Shown here: positions 59,021 to 64,000 of the stretch, piece after piece
Layout of the letters: each line of letters starts with the position of its first letter
Position numbering within the stretch: the stretch's first letter is position 1
From: Octopus bimaculoides
Taxonomy: Eukaryota
Assembly (NCBI RefSeq): GCF_001194135.2
Contig: NC_069005.1
Location: 11,070,026 to 11,134,025 of the forward strand
Direction: 5' to 3'
DNA length: 64,000 nucleotides
Position numbers and translations under genes: made by a program
Notes under the pieces: generated by a model
What the model was told of the DNA's origin: nothing
The model's input: only the letters and a program-made list of their open reading frames with translations
Database searches by the model: none

Positions 59021-60400
59021 GAACCTTTCTGTCTTTTCTTCTTTCCCCCCCTCTCCCAACAACACTTGTTATACATATGCATGTGTGGATGTAATCATAC
59101 ATGTATATATGCATGTGTGTATGTAATCATACATGCGTATATGAATTTGTCTATGTAATCATACTTGTGTATATGCATGTAATCGTACGTGTATATGCAT
59201 GTGTATGTAATCATACATGTATATGTAATTGCACATGTATATATGCATGTGTATGTAATTGTACATGTATATATGCGTGTGCATGTATCTGTACATGTAT
59301 ATATGCATGTGCATGTATCCGTACATGTATATGTGCATGTGTGCAGNNNNNNNNNNNNNNNNNNNNNNNNNNNNNNNNNNNNNNNNNNNNNNNNNNNNNN
59401 NNNNNNNNNNNNNNNNNNNNNNNNNNNNNNNNNNNNNNNNNNNNNNNNNNNNNNNNNNNNNNNNNNNNNNNNNNNNNNNNNNNNNNNNNNNNNNNNNNNN
59501 NNNNNNNNNNNNNNNNNNNNNNNNNNNNNNNNNNNNNNNNNNNNNNNNNNNNNNNNNNNNNNNNNNNNNNNNNNNNNNNNNNNNNNNNNNNNNNNNNNNN
59601 NNNNNNNNNNNNNNNNNNNNNNNNNNNNNNNNNNNNNNNNNNNNNNNNNNNNNNNNNNNNNNNNNNNNNNNNNNNNNNNNNNNNNNNNNNNNNNNNNNNN
59701 NNNNNNNNNNNNNNNNNNNNNNNNNNNNNNNNNNNNNNNNNNNNNNNNNNNNNNNNNNNNNNNNNNNNNNNNNNNNNNNNNNNNNNNNNNNNNNNNNNNN
59801 NNNNNNNNNNNNNNNNNNNNNNNNNNNNNNNNNNNNGGTGATGAGTTAAGAAGGGTGGGGGGTTTGGGACAAGGAAAGAAGAAAATATAGATCCCGCCCT
59901 CCTTTTCTTCTTCCACACACAAATACTAAAAACAAAAAAAGCAACAGAAGGACTATTGTTCAATGTTTATCGTTCTTTTTTTTCCCTTTTTTTTTTTTTA
60001 AAAAATAAACTTTTTTTGAAAATATTTTTTTCTTTTTTGTATCCTTCCGGTGTTTGCTTGAATTTTTTCGGAAAACAAAAAAAAAAAATTAAATATTCCC
60101 TAAAAAAAAGAAGAAAGAAAAAAAATACCCCCCATCCCTTCTGTTTGCTGTTAAAAAATTTCTTGCTATACTTGTTCATATGTTACACATGCATGTTGAA
60201 GTCTCGTTTACCAGAGACGAAGCTGATGATGATAATAAAGATAAAAACCAAAAAAAAAAATTAGGAAAAATATTTTTTGAATATAAATGTTTTACTCTTC
60301 TGCTCCTTAATACCATATATAAACCATATAATAAACAAGATTTAGATGTGAGTTACTATGTTTGTTTGGATAGTACAGTAACCATATGGCTTGTCTAATG
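59021..60400 (+). other. Probable 4E-T 3' UTR; AATAAA hexamers at 60004, 60234, 60330
   Basis: Follows the stop codon, U-rich. True end unknown, and 59347-59836 is a gap. Confidence 0.5.
59085..59346. repeat. ~28-30-bp purine/pyrimidine-alternating minisatellite (TGTATATGCATG...) at the start of the 3' UTR
   Basis: Tandem catgtatatatgcatgtgtatgtaat-like units running into a gap. Confidence 0.85.
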
Positions 60401-62394
60401 TGCCCTGTACTATTCTGCAATAGTACACATGTTATACAAGCCTGTCTGGTTACTGTACTTATGCAGACCTTAAACATAGTAGCTCACATTTAAATTCTGT
60501 GTTTATTAAATTTTTATCTCTTACTGGATGGGTTAGGTTTTTTCTATTGAACCTACCATTAATGGAACTGTACTGATATGCAATCATTTCGACATCCTGA
60601 TGTATAGCACACTTGTGCACTTGCACAGGTAGTGTTGGTTTGATGGAGGGAGTAAGCTAACATACAGCACAAACATTTGATCATTATAAACAAATCATTA
60701 GTGTAGGTTGTTCAGCAAAAGCTGAACTGCTCATGTCATCTTTGACAGAAGAGTCCATTATATATAGCAAGAAAATGGAGGGGAATATGTGGTACTCATC
60801 AACTTGCAGACATTGTATTATGTCAATTCCCCTGTTTATTTTTTAACTAAGAGGACAGGACGATAAAACCAATATACAAACACGTATGACATAATGTCAT
60901 ATCAGTAATAAAAATTAAAAAGGACATCTAGTGACCGAAGAAGGGACACTGTCTTACAGCTGTTTCAGCCGAGAGGTGACATGCCTCATTCTATCTATAT
61001 AACTCCAGTAAGCTGGAGTAATTGATAGATGAAATGGATGAAAATAGAGGTACATGTATGGTTCTCTAGGCCTCTTCAGATTTTTACAAAGTTCAACTAG
61101 GGAGGTATGTCTTATGCAGCACGTTATACACAGGACAGACTGAGGGGTTATCTTTTCATCTTTTGCTTGTTTCAGTTATTTGACTGTGGCCATGCTGAAG
61201 CACCACCTTCAAGAATTTAATTCAACCGAATCAATGTCGACACCTTATTTTTAAAGCTTGGCACTTATTCTATTGGTTTCTTTTGCTGAACAGCTATATA
61301 TTCAGGATTCAAGTGAATCAGTCTTAAATTGTAAAGCACCAAGGTCAGATCAGTGAAATTGCTATCACATACAAACAATATTTGAAGGACAAATACGTAC
61401 TTACTGAACGAAGCACAAACTTATACTCCAGTTGTGTGTACAAACATAAATGGCTGACTGAATATTCAATGATTCTCAAGGTTGCTCCTTGGCACAAACA
61501 CTGCACTCAATAGACTGCAGATCCATGCAAATTGCAGGTTCCAAGTAAGGTGAATAGTAAGCAAATGGTATTTGTTTATATAGCAGGTGTCACAGTGGTT
61601 AAGAAGCATGTTTTCCAAACATGCCTGATGCCTTGGGCAAGTATCTTCTTTGGCTCTAGATCAACAAATGTCTTGTGACTGCATTTAGTAGACAGAAACT
61701 GAAAGAAGCTTGTTGTGTGTGTACTTTTATTCTTTTACTTGTTTCGGTCATTTGACTGCTGTCATGCTGGAGCACTGCCTTAAAGGGTGTTAGTCAAAGA
61801 AATCGACCCCAGGACTTATTCTTTGTNNNNNNNNNNNNNNNNNNNNNNNNNNNNNNNNNNNNNNNNNNNNNNNNNNNNNNNNNNNNNNNNNNNNNNNNNN
61901 NNNNNNNNNNNNNNNNNNNNNNNNNNGACTCCAGTGTTTCACTGGTATTTAATTTATCGACCCCGAAAGGATGAAAAACAAGGTCGACCTCGGCGGAATT
62001 TGAACTCAGTAATAATAATAATCCTTTCTATTATCGTCACAAGGCCATCAAGTCAGTGGGAGGAGGTAAGCCGATTACATCGACCCCATTGCGTTACTGG
62101 TACTTATTTCATCGATCCCCCGAATGGATGAAAGGCAAAGTCGACCTCGGTGGTATTTGAACTCAATAATGATGATGATGATTATGATGATGATGATGAT
62201 GACGATGGTGGTGGTGGTGGTGGTTTACAGGAAGTCAGACTGAAGCATTTAGTTTGACTCAGTGTCAGGATTAGTTGGCAACTGAACTGCGTAGATCTGA
62301 AGAGAAAAGCAAACAAACAGAAACACACATACACGCACGCACGCACACACACAAACAGACGAAATACAAAATAATCTTTGATTTCTTTACTTAA

Positions 62395-62674
62395 CCCATT
62401 ACCTACCAGTGATCTCATATGAGATCACTTAAAAATTACAAATTTCGTAATATTATCTGTCAATATTTACACATATCTAACCTTTTTGCTCTATCTACTA
62501 GGTATATTTCTCTGATATTCAAATGAGGTTTGCTAATTTTTCACCCAATATCTCGCTTATTTCGATTTAAAATGTTATTTTGATCATTCCAGCATGTTTC
62601 TAAGGCTGTTTTATGCTAGAAATCAAAGTTTCATAAAAAAAATTCCAGTTAATATAATTATGGGAGGCAATGGG
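62395..62674. mobile_element. piggyBac-type MITE, third family
   Basis: TTAA|CCCATTACC...GGCAATGGG|TTAG; internal perfect palindrome AGTGATCTCATATGAGATCACT at 62408-62429. Confidence 0.6.
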
Positions 62675-62849
62675 TTAGTTAACATTACTTAATGTGGTGC
62701 GAGTGCGTGTATGCTTGTAATTGAGTGTGTGTGTGCGAGAAAGAAAAGTTGTAGTAGGAAACACTAGTCCAAGGTGCCATGCTGTGGGACTGAACCCGGA
62801 ACCATGTGGTTAAGAACCAAATTTACCACACAGCCACGCCTGCGGTTGT

Positions 62850-62880
<31 letters not shown>

Positions 62881-64000
62881 TTGTTATCTGATACAAAAAT
62901 GACGCTAGTTAACTCATCTATCACTTTCCTGGTGACAATTCGACAAATATTTTGAACTGGAGTTAACAAAACACTTCACAATGCAATAGATCAGTGGTTC
63001 TCAACCGGGGTCCATATAAAACTTTCTTCTTAAAATTTACCTGTAATAAATTGGTTGTACTTCTACGAGACACAAAAATATTTCAATTATTTTTTTTATA
63101 CAATTATGTAACAGCTGCGTACTGGGTCGATCTAATCGACTGACCCCCCCCCCCCTAAAAAATTTCGGGCCTTGTGCCTAGAATAGAAAAGAATATTAAC
63201 AGCCACTAAGGCAGCGAGCTGGCAGAACCGTTAGCACGCCGGGCGAAATGCTTAGTGGTATTTCGTCTGCCGCTACGTTCTGAGTTCAAATTCCGCCGAG
63301 GTCGACTTTTGCCTTTCATCCTTTCGGGGTCGATAAATTAAGTACCAGTTATACACTGGGGTCGATGTAATCGACTTAATTCCTTTGTCTGTCCTTGTTT
63401 GTCCCCTCTGTGTGTAGCCCCTTNNNNNNNNNNNNNNNNNNNNNNNNNNNNNNNNNNNNNNNNNNNNNNNNNNNNNNNNNNNNNNNNNNNNNNNNNNNNN
63501 NNNNNNNNNNNNNNNNNNNNNNNNNNNNNNNNNNNNNNNNNNNNNNNNNNNNNNNNNNNNNNNNNNNNNNNNNNNNNNNNNNNNNNNNNNNNNNNNNNNN
63601 NNNNNTGAAATCGCTGACCTTGTGCCAGAATATGAAACCTATATTAACAGCCGTTAAAGCGGCGAGCTGGTGAAGTCGAACAAAATTCTTAGCTGCATTT
63701 GTTCCAGCTATTCACGTTCTGACAGATGTAGATCTTGATGACTGCTATGAAGCAGGAGAGTATACTAGCCCCTATTCAATAAGACATTCAATACTTCATT
63801 TCATTTTACTATTTATATATTATATCTTCCACATTCTATATCCCACATTAATTTTATAAGAATATAAATAAAACATAAAAAACAGAGTTGGAACTCTTTT
63901 AAATAATATATATATATATATATATGTACCAGTAGTATTTTTTGCTCTCTATTTGTTCTTTTGTATACCACATCTATTCTTAGTGAAAGTGTGACTCAGA

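Larger units (their letters stand above)
17951..63605. other. Ten assembly gaps: 17951-18586, 33425-33879, 40089-40279, 42307-42875, 47078-47266, 48116-48375, 50397-51142, 59347-59836, 61827-61926, 63424-63605
   Basis: N runs; they explain the long X-filled ORFs in the track. Confidence 0.99.

Noticed and set aside
59853-59868. G-rich tract as a 3' UTR G-quadruplex
   Set aside because: Only three separable GGG runs; at best a weak two-tier G4.
61440-61560. Higher-complexity stretch as a possible exon of a neighbouring gene
   Set aside because: Stops in the candidate frames and no recognisable homology.

Overview
AT-rich, repeat-dense animal DNA with 10 assembly gaps. The SINE, MITE and microsatellite content looks like an Octopus-type (coleoid cephalopod) genome; the organism is inferred, not shown. 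One protein-coding gene fills the window on the + strand: a 4E-T / EIF4ENIF1 (eIF4E transporter) orthologue. I traced 22 coding exons by hand from 1637 to the stop at 59020. All introns are GT-AG with consistent phases, giving 4359 nt (1452 codons + stop). The start codon and the Tyr of the canonical eIF4E-binding motif lie upstream of the window. Conserved motifs recognised from memory of human 4E-T: xxERLL, DGVWDPEKW, VLSPQRRSFG.GCHV, RRIGSGRI, the Cup homology domain (PEWFTDGP..TIELRGF), FDLDEFF, SRFSRWFS, TVAEIE, GDMSAFNKL, FTPTSVIRKM and the C-terminal KWF..LP.MP..KVFTVDELE. Introns hold tRNA-derived SINEs, RTE LINE relics, piggyBac-, hAT- and Tc1/mariner-type MITEs, a Penelope-like ORF relic, fold-back elements and minisatellites. 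Most interesting: a 213-bp palindromic insertion with a 12-bp TSD whose two arms each carry a minimal Penelope-type hammerhead ribozyme core; a CpG-retaining segment with paired YY1 motifs inside the 12.7-kb first intron; and an in-frame alternative donor that would delete a conserved 4E-T motif. No rRNA, true tRNA or CRISPR array was seen. Protein comparisons are recalled, not computed.
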